The position numbers and the translations under genes were made by a program. The notes under the pieces were generated by a model. It ran no database searches. It was not told where the DNA came from and saw only the letters and a list, made by a program, of their open reading frames with translations. From the NCBI GenBank assembly GCA_029856045.1, contig JAHQWG010000028.1, positions 320,730 to 384,729 of the forward strand: a stretch of 64,000 nt of DNA, given 5' to 3'. Shown piece by piece: positions 39,924 to 50,697 of this stretch; position 1 is the first letter of the stretch; each line of letters opens with the position of its first letter. The DNA comes from Promethearchaeia archaeon. Its GTDB lineage: Archaea > Asgardarchaeota > Lokiarchaeia > Sigyniarchaeales > SOKP01.

Positions 39924-40598
39924 TTAGAAATTATAAAATTTACCAACATCTTTTAGTTTATAATAACCATATCTGTCTCTTCGTTTTCCTCGGATCCATA
40001 AGCTTTGAGGCGCCATATCCTTGGTATAAAATTGTGAGCTATGTAATTTTAAAGCTTCATACGCTTTAAAGCGAAAATCTCCTACCTTAACTTTCTTTAA
40101 ATGTTCCCCTTCTGCTTTCAACGGATTATATAAAGCAAATACATAAAATACAAGATTTTGAAGGTTAAGTTCTTGTGCTACCTTTATTGCAATATCATGT
40201 GTAGCTTGATGGTCGGGATGTTCATTATTTCCACTCGGGATAACAAACATGTTTGTATCTTTTATATTATCTTTAATTTTTTCAACCGCCTCATCGATAT
40301 GGTTCTTGAGTTCTTGATCATAAAATCTTAAGAAATGACGATTTTCTTTTTTTATTCCTAAGAATTCAGCAGATGAATCTGCCTCTTTTAATCTTATTTC
40401 AGCTAGTTGGTCTTCATTTATTCTGGTTTCTTTGCAATCTTTAAGTTCATTTCTTTCTCTTGCCTTACGATACCCAGCTCTTCCATCAGTAAACCAAATT
40501 ATATGAATATTATACCCCTTTTCGAGCCATTTTAAGATTGAGCCACCTGCTCCAAAGACTTCATCATCTGGATGAGGGGCAAAAATTATTATCTTCAT
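39924..40598 (-). CDS. PIG-L/LmbE family deacetylase (paralogue B)
   Basis: APHPDDE, TDG, HPDH, HSSQ. SD GGAGG lies just after the carB stop. Confidence 0.9.
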   Translation of the reverse strand: MKIIIFAPHPDDEVFGAGGSILKWLEKGYNIHIIWFTDGRAGYRKARERNELKDCKETRINEDQLAEIRLKEADSSAEFLGIKKENRHFLRFYDQELKNHIDEAVEKIKDNIKDTNMFVIPSGNNEHPDHQATHDIAIKVAQELNLQNLVFYVFALYNPLKAEGEHLKKVKVGDFRFKAYEALKLHSSQFYTKDMAPQSLWIRGKRRDRYGYYKLKDVGKFYNF

Positions 40599-40613
40599 AA
40601 ATAAACCTCCTTA

Positions 40614-43600
40614 TTACCAATATGGCATTTTACCATCATGAAATTCATTTAATGATTTAATAGAAATTTTTCTTTCTCGAATTTGCTCAATTGCATTAAA
40701 TATTGCAAATGCTAATTGCAGATTTATTATAACTGGAATATTATATTCCACCGCAAATCTACGAATTTCATATTCATCTTCCATTATTCTCTTATATTTT
40801 TCTGCTTCCATTGCAATTGTTGGGATGTTTATTACCATGTTAATTTTTCCTTCTCTGATATAAGTTAAGATATTCGGAAATTCTCCAATTTCTTTTACTT
40901 TTGATAATTTAAAGTTTGATATTCCTGCAGATTCAAGAGCTTTTGAAGTATGTTCTGTTGCATAAATTGAAAAACCTAAAGATTTGATTTTGTGAGCTAA
41001 AGGAATAATATCCTTCTTTAGTTTTTCCCCACCAACTGTAATTAAAATATTACCATTCTCAATAGGAATTTTTAATTCGGTTGCTTCTAATGCTTTTATT
41101 AAAGCATCAGGAAAATCATCTCCAATACATGCAACTTCTCCTGTTGATGCCATCTCAACACCCAAGACAGGGTCGGCTCCATCTAAGCGCATAAATGAAA
41201 ATTGGGGGCATTTAATGGTCACGAAATTTCCAGTTGGTATATTCATTACTTTTGGATCAATTTTTTTTCCAAGAATGACTTCAGCAGCAATTTTCATAAG
41301 ATTAATTCCCCGAGTTTTTGAAACTAAAGGCATAGAACGACTTGAGCGCAAATTACATTCTATAACATATAATTTCCCTTCTTTTAATAAATATTGGATA
41401 TTAAATGGTCCCCTTATTTTTAATGCTAAAGCGATTTTTTTTGAAGTTAAGATTAAATTTTCAATAATATCATTAGATATTGTCTGAGGGGGGATTGCCA
41501 TTGTGGCATCTCCACTATGTATCCCAGCATTTTCAATATGTTCAATAATTGCGCCAATAAATACATTCTCTCCATCGCTAACACCATCACATTCAATTTC
41601 ACGTGAGTCGGTAAAAAATTTTGTAATAACAACTGGGTTATCTTTAGATACTTTAGAAGCGATATCTAAAACTTGTAGTAAAGTTTGGGGATCATGTGCT
41701 ACTCTCATTGCAGCACCACTTAATACAAAAGAAGGTCGTACTAAAACGGGGTATCCAATTTCCTCTGCAAATTTTAACGCTTCATCTTTTTCCACAAGAC
41801 TATTCCATATTGGTTGCAATATTGCTAAGTGATCAAGCAAGGCACTAAATCTTTTCCTATTTTCTGCATTATTGATACTAATCCCTTGAGTACCTAATAA
41901 TCTGAGATTAGTTTTTCTAAAAAACTCATTATATTTTTGGAATTTAACCGCTAAATTATTTGCAATTTGACCACCAACCGATACAACTACACCATAACCT
42001 TTTTCCTTCTCGCAGATATCTACAACACGTTCGCCCGATAATTCTTCGAAATATAATTTATCTGAAATATCATAATCAGTTGAGACCGTTTCAGGATTAT
42101 AATTAATCATAATTACTTGATCAACATTTAATTCCTTGAGTTTCCATACCATATTAACGCAGCCCCAATCAAATTCTACAGAAGAACCGATTCTATAAGT
42201 TCCTGAGCCTAAAACAATTATTTTTTGAAGATTCTCAGTGGTTTCTTTTTCATAATCAATATCGTCTTCCATTGCAGAATATGTAAGATAAAGATAATTT
42301 GTTTGTGCTGGCCATTCAGCTGCCAGTGTATCCATCTGATTTGTATAGGGAATTATATTATATCGTTTTCGAAGTCGTCGAATAGTGATTGTATCAAGCC
42401 CCATTATTGTTGCTATTTGTCCATCTGAAAATCCAAAACGTTTAGCCTTTCTTAATTGATATTCTTTTTCATCATCCGAAGACCTAAGAAGATTTAATCT
42501 TTTCAATTCTCTTTCTATACTAATTATATTTTCAATTTTATGGAGAAACCATTTATCAATTCGAGTTAAGCGGTAAATCTCATTGATAGACATTCCTTTT
42601 TTAATAGCTTCCGCCACTCTAAAAATTCTTTTATCCGTTGGATGCCTTAATTCATTCTTTAATTCATTATAATTATCAATTGATTCTAAGTCATTACCAA
42701 CAATTCCTTTCATATCGATATCCAACATTCTTATTGCTTTTTGTAATACTTCTTCGAAAGTTCGTCCAATTGCCATTACTTCTCCAACTGATTTCATTTG
42801 TGTTCCAATGTGTCTATCTACTCGTCGAAATTTGTCTAAATCCCATCGGGGATATTTTAAAACTATATAATCAATCGAAGGTTCAAAACATGCCGTTGTA
42901 ATACCAGTTACAGTATTTTTTAATTCTGTTAACAGATATCCCAGTGCTAATTTAGTAGCAAAATATGCTAAAGGATAGCCTGTTGCTTTTGAGGCAAGTG
43001 CAGATGAGCGAGACAACCTTGCATTTATTTCAATTGCTTGAAATTCTTTTGATATTGGATTTAATGCATATTGAATATTACATTCTCCAATAATACCCAA
43101 ATTTTGAACAACTCTTATTGATGCACATCTCATCATTTGATATTCTTCATTTGTTAGTGTTTGAGTGGGAGCAACAACAATGCTCTCTCCAGTATGTATC
43201 CCCATAGGATCAACATTTTCCATACTACAATTAATAATACAATTGTTAGATACATCCCTAACAACTTCAAATTCGATTTCTTTCCATCCCCATACTGATT
43301 CCTCTACTAAAATTTGATGTATCATTGATTGAGCTAACGCTCTTTTCGCAAAAACTTCAAATTCTTTTATATTTTCAACAATACCCGATCCTCTACCACC
43401 TAATGTATATGCAACGCGAATCATTAATGGAAAACCCAATTCTTCTGCTGCTTTCAATGCATCTTGATAATTATCTACTGCAAAACTTTTAGGGCAAACT
43501 ACACCAGATTTTTCCATTGCTTTAACAAATAAATCTCTATCTTCGGTTGCAATTATTGCTTCGACAGGTGTTCCCAATACTCTTACATTATATTTTTCTA

Positions 43601-43922
43601 ATATTTTCTTTTCTGCTAATTCAACACCGATATTTAATGCAGTCTGGCCACCAAATGATAATAAAATTCCATCAGGTCTTTCTTTTTTAATTATTTTTTC
43701 AACATAATGCATATTAATTGGCAATAAGTATATTCTATCTGATAATTGGGGATCAGTTTGAATTGTCGCGATATTTGGGTTTATTAAAATAGTATAAATT
43801 CCTTCCTCCTTAAGTGCCTTTAATGCTTGAGAACCAGAGTAGTCAAATTCACCTGCTTGACCAATTTTTATTGAACCTGAGCCCAGTACTAACACCCTTT
43901 TTATTGTATTATCAAAAGGCAT
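40614..43922 (-). CDS. carB: Carbamoyl-phosphate synthase large subunit
   Basis: IGQAGEFDYSGSQA, RSSALASKATGYP, NPETVSTDYD, RPSFVLSG and an MGS-like tail. Confidence 0.97.
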   Translation of the reverse strand: MPFDNTIKRVLVLGSGSIKIGQAGEFDYSGSQALKALKEEGIYTILINPNIATIQTDPQLSDRIYLLPINMHYVEKIIKKERPDGILLSFGGQTALNIGVELAEKKILEKYNVRVLGTPVEAIIATEDRDLFVKAMEKSGVVCPKSFAVDNYQDALKAAEELGFPLMIRVAYTLGGRGSGIVENIKEFEVFAKRALAQSMIHQILVEESVWGWKEIEFEVVRDVSNNCIINCSMENVDPMGIHTGESIVVAPTQTLTNEEYQMMRCASIRVVQNLGIIGECNIQYALNPISKEFQAIEINARLSRSSALASKATGYPLAYFATKLALGYLLTELKNTVTGITTACFEPSIDYIVLKYPRWDLDKFRRVDRHIGTQMKSVGEVMAIGRTFEEVLQKAIRMLDIDMKGIVGNDLESIDNYNELKNELRHPTDKRIFRVAEAIKKGMSINEIYRLTRIDKWFLHKIENIISIERELKRLNLLRSSDDEKEYQLRKAKRFGFSDGQIATIMGLDTITIRRLRKRYNIIPYTNQMDTLAAEWPAQTNYLYLTYSAMEDDIDYEKETTENLQKIIVLGSGTYRIGSSVEFDWGCVNMVWKLKELNVDQVIMINYNPETVSTDYDISDKLYFEELSGERVVDICEKEKGYGVVVSVGGQIANNLAVKFQKYNEFFRKTNLRLLGTQGISINNAENRKRFSALLDHLAILQPIWNSLVEKDEALKFAEEIGYPVLVRPSFVLSGAAMRVAHDPQTLLQVLDIASKVSKDNPVVITKFFTDSREIECDGVSDGENVFIGAIIEHIENAGIHSGDATMAIPPQTISNDIIENLILTSKKIALALKIRGPFNIQYLLKEGKLYVIECNLRSSRSMPLVSKTRGINLMKIAAEVILGKKIDPKVMNIPTGNFVTIKCPQFSFMRLDGADPVLGVEMASTGEVACIGDDFPDALIKALEATELKIPIENGNILITVGGEKLKKDIIPLAHKIKSLGFSIYATEHTSKALESAGISNFKLSKVKEIGEFPNILTYIREGKINMVINIPTIAMEAEKYKRIMEDEYEIRRFAVEYNIPVIINLQLAFAIFNAIEQIRERKISIKSLNEFHDGKMPYW

Positions 43923-45077
43923 CTATTTTAGAACCCCCATAAATTTTAAAAACATATCAAATAGAAATGTTTGAGTATCTTTAGGTCCTGGAGATGATTC
44001 GGGATGAAATTGAAGGCTAAAAATGGGTTTAGTTTTATGGATAATCCCTTCATTTGTTTTATCATCAGGATTATAAAAGAATTCCTTAAAACTTGCTTCT
44101 TCCATATTATCAGTATTAATTCCATATCCATGATTCTGAGTAGTAATAAAGCATCTTTCCGTAGGTATATGTATCGCTGGTTTGTTTCCACCTCGATGTC
44201 CATATTTAAGCTTATATGTTTCAAGACCTGCACCCAATCCGATTATTTGATCTCCTAGACAAATACCCATTGTAGGAATAGAATTTTCGATTAAATTTTC
44301 AGCAACTTCAATTGCACTTTTACATTTCAAGGGATCTCCCGGTCCATTTGAAATTAGAACACCGTTGGGATTATAATCCATGATTTGGTCATAATTAAAA
44401 TCATGGGGCACTAAAATTACATTCAAATTTTTTTTCAACAAATTTCTTATAATATTAAATTTAGTGCCCAAATCTAAAACAATCACAGTCCCAATAGGAT
44501 TTGAGGGAGTGAAATGTCTTGTTCTCTCGGTAGAAACTTCACTAACTAAATCTTTATTATTCGGATCTGAAATTTCTTTAACTTCCTCTTTTATTAGTTC
44601 GATATCAGGTTTTTCACCGGGATTAAATACTTGCAATAATCCTAATTTCACTCCTTCATCTCGAATTATTTTAGTCAAAGCCCTAGTATCAACCCATTCA
44701 ATTCCAGGGACGTCTTGTTCTTGAAGAAAATCGTCTAAAGATTTCACACTTTCATAGTGACTAGGTATCTTACAATATTCATTTACTACTAATCCTTTAA
44801 TTCTAACACTATCTGACTCAAAACATTTGTGTATTTTATATTCATCCTTTATCCAATCTGGAACACCATAGTTTCCAATTAAGGGATAAGTCATAATACA
44901 TATTTGTTCATGAAAAGAGGGATCTGTAATAGTTTCATTATAACCAACCATCCCGGTTGTAAATACTACTTCTCCACAAACCTTTTTACTGGCACCAAAT
45001 CCAATTCCTTCAAAATATCTTCCATCTTGAAACATTAAGATTGCTGGACGGTCATATTTTAAATACAATTGACACAC
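43923..45077 (-). CDS. carA: Carbamoyl-phosphate synthase small subunit
   Basis: GEVVFTTGMVGY, SNGPGDP, GICLG, QNHG, QFHPE. Confidence 0.97.
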   Translation of the reverse strand: MCQLYLKYDRPAILMFQDGRYFEGIGFGASKKVCGEVVFTTGMVGYNETITDPSFHEQICIMTYPLIGNYGVPDWIKDEYKIHKCFESDSVRIKGLVVNEYCKIPSHYESVKSLDDFLQEQDVPGIEWVDTRALTKIIRDEGVKLGLLQVFNPGEKPDIELIKEEVKEISDPNNKDLVSEVSTERTRHFTPSNPIGTVIVLDLGTKFNIIRNLLKKNLNVILVPHDFNYDQIMDYNPNGVLISNGPGDPLKCKSAIEVAENLIENSIPTMGICLGDQIIGLGAGLETYKLKYGHRGGNKPAIHIPTERCFITTQNHGYGINTDNMEEASFKEFFYNPDDKTNEGIIHKTKPIFSLQFHPESSPGPKDTQTFLFDMFLKFMGVLK

Positions 45078-45260
45078 TCAAGAGCATTAATTTTCTTTGT
45101 TTTAATTTAATATTTTTGGTTGATTTTAAATTTTCAATATTAAAAAGATAATAATTAATAGTGAAGAAATATTTAAGATTTAAGACAAAATGTTTTAATA
45201 TATCCTATTCCAAGAAAATGAAAGGATTTTTAAAGAAAACCTATAATATTTTGAATTTCC

Positions 45261-46817
45261 TCATTCATATTCAATTGTACTAGGAGGTTTATTCGAAATA
45301 TCGTATAAAACTCTATTGAAACCATTTACTTCGTTAATAATTTTTGTTGATATCTTTTCTAGTAGATCCCAGTCAATCTTCGCGAAATTAGCGGTCATAG
45401 CATCTATACTCTGAACTGCTCGGATTACACATATATATTCATATGTTCTATGATCTCCCATAACTCCAACTGTTTTTATTGGAAGGAATACTGGAAATAT
45501 TTGCCAAATATCATCATAAATCCCAGCATTTTTAATTTCTTCTTGAATTATTTGATCAGCTTCTCTTATCATACTTAATTTTTCCTCATCAACGGGACCA
45601 ACACACCTTACGGCTAATCCAGGACCAGGAAATGGGTGTCTTTTTATTAATTCTTCTGGTAAGCCAAGTTCTATACCTATTTTTCTAACTTCATCTTTAT
45701 ATAAATCTTTGAGTGGTTCAATTATATCAAAATTTATTTTTTCTGGCAAGACTACATTATGATGAGATTTAATTTTTGATGCAAATTTACTCGTAGCTTT
45801 AGATTCGACTCGATCGGGATAGATTGTTCCTTGTGCTAAAAATTTAATATTTGGAAATTTAGTTTCTAATTCCTTAGTTTTTTGTTCAAAAACTTCAATA
45901 AATGAGTTTGCTATTATTATTCTTTTTTTTTCAGGATCAGATACTCCCTTAAGGCGCTTCATAAATAAATTCTTTGCATCAATATAATGAAAGTTCTTAA
46001 ATTTTAACATTCTTTTAAAAAATTCCTGGACTTCAACTTCTTCATTTTTTCTTAGTAAATTATTATTGATAAAAATACAGTGCAATTTATCACCAATGGC
46101 TTGATGGAGCAATATTGCAGTAACTGATGAATCTACTCCTCCACTCAGTCCTAAGATTACTCTATTATCTCCTACTTCTTCTTTGATCTCATTAATCGTT
46201 TGATCAATCCAATTTTCTAATTTCCATTCCTTTTTACATTTAGCTACATTAAATAAAAAATTAGAGAGAATTTTATCTCCATTAACAGTATGTTTTACCT
46301 CTGGATGGAATTGCACTCCATATATTTTTAGTTCTTCATTTCCATATGCTGCAATTGAACAATTATCAGTTTTCGCTAAAACTTGAAATCCCAGAGGAAG
46401 ATTTATCACTTGGTCTAAATGAGACATCCATACTATTTCTTCGTCTCTTAAAGATTCGAAAAACCCTTTATGTTCGAGAATGTGTAATATTGTTTTTCCA
46501 TATTCTTTCTTTTCCCTTGGTTCTATTTTACCCCCAAGATGATGAATTATTAAATGATGACCATAACAAATACCCAAAATCGCCATATTTTTTTCTTGCA
46601 TAAATTCAAAGAATTTCTTAGACAGTTTAGGACTATTTTTTGAATAAACACTATTTGGTCCTCCAGATAAAATAATTGCTTTAAGCTTAATATTTTCGAT
46701 TTTTTTTAAATCAATATTGTAAGGGAAGACTTCGGAGTAAACATTTAAATCTCTTATTCTCCTAGCAATTAGGTGGCTATATTGCCCTCCAAAATCAAGA
46801 ATTATAACTCTATCCAT
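45261..46817 (-). CDS. guaA: GMP synthase (single chain, GATase + ATPPase)
   Basis: DFGGQY, GICYG, QFHPE, SGGVDS, IKSHHNV, HPFPGPGL, KPPSTIEYE. Confidence 0.97.
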   Translation of the reverse strand: MDRVIILDFGGQYSHLIARRIRDLNVYSEVFPYNIDLKKIENIKLKAIILSGGPNSVYSKNSPKLSKKFFEFMQEKNMAILGICYGHHLIIHHLGGKIEPREKKEYGKTILHILEHKGFFESLRDEEIVWMSHLDQVINLPLGFQVLAKTDNCSIAAYGNEELKIYGVQFHPEVKHTVNGDKILSNFLFNVAKCKKEWKLENWIDQTINEIKEEVGDNRVILGLSGGVDSSVTAILLHQAIGDKLHCIFINNNLLRKNEEVEVQEFFKRMLKFKNFHYIDAKNLFMKRLKGVSDPEKKRIIIANSFIEVFEQKTKELETKFPNIKFLAQGTIYPDRVESKATSKFASKIKSHHNVVLPEKINFDIIEPLKDLYKDEVRKIGIELGLPEELIKRHPFPGPGLAVRCVGPVDEEKLSMIREADQIIQEEIKNAGIYDDIWQIFPVFLPIKTVGVMGDHRTYEYICVIRAVQSIDAMTANFAKIDWDLLEKISTKIINEVNGFNRVLYDISNKPPSTIEYE

Positions 46818-47073
46818 TCTAATTTAAAATTATTCTATTTAAGGCGATAATTACTAGATATTGTTAGCTTGATATCACTAATATTTTTTCATTATAAATT
46901 ATATCCTAATAAAAGATTAATAATTAACTCGTTTTAGCAAAATTGAATTAAATCCTAAGCATTTAGTTTAATCTTTATTTTTAAAATTTAATATATTTAA
47001 AATATTGATTAAAGAATTAACAAAATATCCATTATCTAACAAGAAATTAAAAATTTATTGAAATTCTTAATTT

Positions 47074-48480
47074 TTAAAGGGAAGTTAGCCATGAGTTAAT
47101 GTCATTTCCAAAAATAATCAATAGAATAAAAATTATAACAAATATAAGCCAATAAAGATGATGTTTATTAAATTTCTTTCCTGTTATGATAAGATTTGCA
47201 CGGGAATTATATTCCTTAGCTTTAGATTTATATAATATCTTCATACCTTTTGGTGTTATAACTAGATCTTCTTTGAGGATTTCTATTGATTTTCCTTCAA
47301 TTAGTTTATCCAAGTGTTTTTCTGCAATTTCTGGTCCTAATTCGTCATAAAAAAAATCGGCAAACCCTTCATAATAAAGACGTCCGAGAGTAAGCCCTTG
47401 CTCAAAATTTTTTAAAACTTGTGAGCGGGTTATGCGTTTTCTCCTTATGTTTCCTAGAAGATATCCTGTTAATCGAGTGTTGTAAATATTATCAGCTACA
47501 ACTTTTATTGCTGTTATATCGAAATCTTCTTCTTTTGCAACTAATTCTCGTAAAATTTTAATTCCTTCTACAAAAATTAAAGCGGCTATCACAAGTCCAA
47601 CAATGGCATCAACAAAATAATATTTGAGAATCGCGAAAGTTAAACCTATTAGAACTCCAATCGATAAACGAACATTTAATTCTGAATCTTTGGAATCGCT
47701 TAGGAGTGAAAGATTTCCCGAGCTTCTTCCTACTATACTTTTTAAATACATTAAACCAGCATTCATCGCTATTGAGACGAATCCAATAATATATGCTTGA
47801 ATAGTAGGTATTATTGGCGTTGGATTAAATAAAGCTTCAATACTAGCCCAAACCATTGTAGCGCCAGTAAACAACACCATTAGGATAATGATAATGCTCG
47901 CAAGCCGATCTTTATTAAATTTGAATCCTATAACTGCTATAATTCCAATCTTTATTAGATCCGTCAAATTTTCAAATCCTTCAGTTAACATGCCCTGAGA
48001 TGTTAATTGAAGACCCGTAAATATTTTTAAAATCGATAATATAATTAAACAAAAAGCAGTAACAATCATTACTGTCTTTTCAGAAAACAATATACGCATC
48101 CAATGTGAGGTGTGTAAAATCTGATGATAACTTAATTCTACTAGGTTTTTTCCCTCGTTGGTAAGTGAAATTTTGTCATCTTCGTTTATAATAACTAATT
48201 TTTTTCGCCTTGCTATTTGTAAAAATTCCTCTACATCTTCGTTTTCAATAACGGGGATCCTAGTTGTGGAGATGAAAAAAAGGCGCATTTTAGATTTAAT
48301 TGCCTCTAAGGTATTTGCACCATCATAAATCAAACAAAGAAAACCGTATAAGAAATTATTATTTGGTTCATGACGACGAGTCTCATAATATACAGACATT
48401 TCTTGTTTAACTTTTTCTATTGAAGGTCCGAATTTAAGGTCTTTCTTTGAATATTTTGATTTCAAATCTGAAAGTGGCAA
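47074..48480 (-). CDS. Cation diffusion facilitator-like transporter flanked by wHTH-like domains
   Basis: Six-TM CDF pattern (SQGMLTEGFENLTD; SLLSDSKDSELN; VDAIVGLVIA) with ISLTNEG and VITPKG wing motifs. Confidence 0.7.
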   Translation of the reverse strand: MPLSDLKSKYSKKDLKFGPSIEKVKQEMSVYYETRRHEPNNNFLYGFLCLIYDGANTLEAIKSKMRLFFISTTRIPVIENEDVEEFLQIARRKKLVIINEDDKISLTNEGKNLVELSYHQILHTSHWMRILFSEKTVMIVTAFCLIILSILKIFTGLQLTSQGMLTEGFENLTDLIKIGIIAVIGFKFNKDRLASIIIILMVLFTGATMVWASIEALFNPTPIIPTIQAYIIGFVSIAMNAGLMYLKSIVGRSSGNLSLLSDSKDSELNVRLSIGVLIGLTFAILKYYFVDAIVGLVIAALIFVEGIKILRELVAKEEDFDITAIKVVADNIYNTRLTGYLLGNIRRKRITRSQVLKNFEQGLTLGRLYYEGFADFFYDELGPEIAEKHLDKLIEGKSIEILKEDLVITPKGMKILYKSKAKEYNSRANLIITGKKFNKHHLYWLIFVIIFILLIIFGNDINSWLTSL

Positions 48481-48593
48481 TTTTAATCCATTAAACTATG
48501 ATATTTTTTAAATTTTTAATAATAATAGTAATAACTTAAGATTTTTAAAGAAATATTAAAAGATTTATAAAGAGATTGATGGTATTATAACCT

Positions 48594-49097
48594 TTATTTA
48601 TTTGTATTACGCTCTTTATCCATTAATTCAGAAAAAGAACTGCCTTCCTTTATAATATTTAAAATTAGGTGAGTATTGGTTCGTTCTACATTCGGGGATG
48701 CATGAAGATTTTTTATCATAGCACTAAGTTCAGGCCGAGTTTTGAATCTTGCAAAGATAAGGGCGTCATAATTCCCTGTAATATCATAGACTCCAAAAAC
48801 ATTTGGATTTTGAGCTATTTCTTTCTCAACATCGATCATTTTTCCCTTTGAGATAGTTACTTCGATAATGGCAATAATATTATAACTCAATTTTTCATAA
48901 TCAATCCGAACTCCATAATTCTTAATTATTTTCTTTTCTTCTAATAATTCTACATGTTTTTTTATAGTAACAGGAGATTTATTTAATTCAGTGGAAATTT
49001 TATGATAAGATTCACGACCATCTTGACTTAAGATTCGCAAAATTTCAAGATCTATTTCTTCAGTTAACGGTTGATTAATATCCTTCATATGATACAA
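48594..49097 (-). CDS. Lrp/AsnC transcriptional regulator
   Basis: DLEILRILSQDGR..., LEEKKII, ITGNYD. Divergent from glnA. Confidence 0.92.
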   Translation of the reverse strand: MYHMKDINQPLTEEIDLEILRILSQDGRESYHKISTELNKSPVTIKKHVELLEEKKIIKNYGVRIDYEKLSYNIIAIIEVTISKGKMIDVEKEIAQNPNVFGVYDITGNYDALIFARFKTRPELSAMIKNLHASPNVERTNTHLILNIIKEGSSFSELMDKERNTNK

Positions 49098-49265
49098 TTA
49101 ATTTTTTCCTATTTAAAAATATTTTTACTTTTTTTTAAGAATTCTGAAAATAGATACTAGTAATCATAAGATTTTTATATCATATTTTTAATAATTTATT
49201 ATTAAAATAAAAATTTATTATTGTAAAAAAATAATTGAAAAAAATAATCCAAAAGGAGAGGTTTT

Positions 49266-50600
49266 GTGTTAAACATGAAAAGAGAAGAAAAAATTGAAGA
49301 GATTCTAAAAATCATAAAAGATCAAGAGATCAAATTTGCTAGTTTAGAATTTACTGAAATTAATGGGATTGTAAAAAGTTTTGGAGTTAATATCAATCGA
49401 ATTGAATCAATTTTAAAAGCGGGTGAGGCTTTCGACGGGTCGTCTATCACAGGTTACGGTTCAATAGAGGAATCTGATATGGTTGCACTTCCAGATCCAT
49501 TTACTTTTCACATCATTCCTTGGAATTCTCAAAAAAAAGATGAATGTGGATTTATATGTGATATATATGAACCTGATGGTAAAAGATTTGAAGGAGATCC
49601 GAGATTTATTCTTCAAAAAACTTATAAAGAAGTTCAAGAAATGGGCTACGAATTTATGTGTGCCCCAGAATTGGAATTCTTCATATTAAGTGAAGAGGAA
49701 GCAATCAAACCTAGAGATTTACGCGGATATTTTGATTATGATCCACATCTTATGGATGAAAAAATGAGAAGAGGCATGGCTGAGTATGCGAAAGAATATG
49801 GAATTGAAATCGAAACATTACATCATGAGGTTGCAGAAGGTCAAAATGAAATTGATTTCAAATACGATACAGCCTTAAAAACTGCAGATCATACGGTTTG
49901 GCTAAAAATGATTGTAAAAGTTGTAGCAGCACAATATAACTGTATCGCATCTTTTATGCCAAAACCTTTCCAAAATATCAATGGCTCTGGGATGCATGTA
50001 CATCAATCTCTATGGAAGAATGGAGAAAATATCTTTTATGATGAAAACGATGAGAATAATATTTCCCAAATCATGAAATATTATATTGGAGGGCAAATAA
50101 AATATGGAAAGGAAATGTGTGCGGTTTTGTGTAGCTGGCCAAACTCTTACAAACGTTTAGTTCCCGGTTATGAAGCGCCAATTTATTTAGCGTGGGGTTT
50201 TAAAAATCGATCTCCGTTAATTCGCGTACCAAGCTTTCCAACTAAGTCTGGAGCTCGATGTGAAATACGATGTCCTGATCCAGCGGGCAATCCGTATTTG
50301 CAATTTTCAGTATTATTAGCAACGGGATTAGAGGGGATCAAGCAAAAAATTGAACCCCCAGAGCCCAGTGACTTCAATGTATATAAAATTTCTACTAAGG
50401 AGATGAAAAAGAGAGGAATTAAAGCACTTCCAGCAAATCTTTACGAAGCTCTTGAAGAATACGAGAAATCTGAACTTATGAAAAGAGTTTTTGGTGATAG
50501 ACCATTCAGAAATTACCTCTGGGCAAAACTTGAAGAATTTGATTTGTATCGGAAAGTTGTTTCTGATTGGGAATTTAAAAGATATATTAGAAAACTATAA
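49266..50600 (+). CDS. glnA: Glutamine synthetase type I
   Basis: FDGSSI, PELEFF, HHEVAEGQNEI, FMPKP, NGSGMHVHQS, NSYKRLVPGYEAP, EIRCPD. Confidence 0.97.
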   Translation: MLNMKREEKIEEILKIIKDQEIKFASLEFTEINGIVKSFGVNINRIESILKAGEAFDGSSITGYGSIEESDMVALPDPFTFHIIPWNSQKKDECGFICDIYEPDGKRFEGDPRFILQKTYKEVQEMGYEFMCAPELEFFILSEEEAIKPRDLRGYFDYDPHLMDEKMRRGMAEYAKEYGIEIETLHHEVAEGQNEIDFKYDTALKTADHTVWLKMIVKVVAAQYNCIASFMPKPFQNINGSGMHVHQSLWKNGENIFYDENDENNISQIMKYYIGGQIKYGKEMCAVLCSWPNSYKRLVPGYEAPIYLAWGFKNRSPLIRVPSFPTKSGARCEIRCPDPAGNPYLQFSVLLATGLEGIKQKIEPPEPSDFNVYKISTKEMKKRGIKALPANLYEALEEYEKSELMKRVFGDRPFRNYLWAKLEEFDLYRKVVSDWEFKRYIRKL

Positions 50601-50630
50601 AAATAGCAAAAAAACCTTGCAATCGTTCTA

Positions 50631-50651
50631 GCTCTCTCTCAGAGAGAGAGC
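50631..50651. terminator. Perfect (CT)n/(AG)n inverted repeat between convergent glnA and pyrG
   Basis: GCTCTCTCTC-A-GAGAGAGAGC. Confidence 0.5.
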
Positions 50652-50697
50652 AAATTCTTTGATTAAAGAATTCGTTGTAAATAGACTTAGCGAATTT

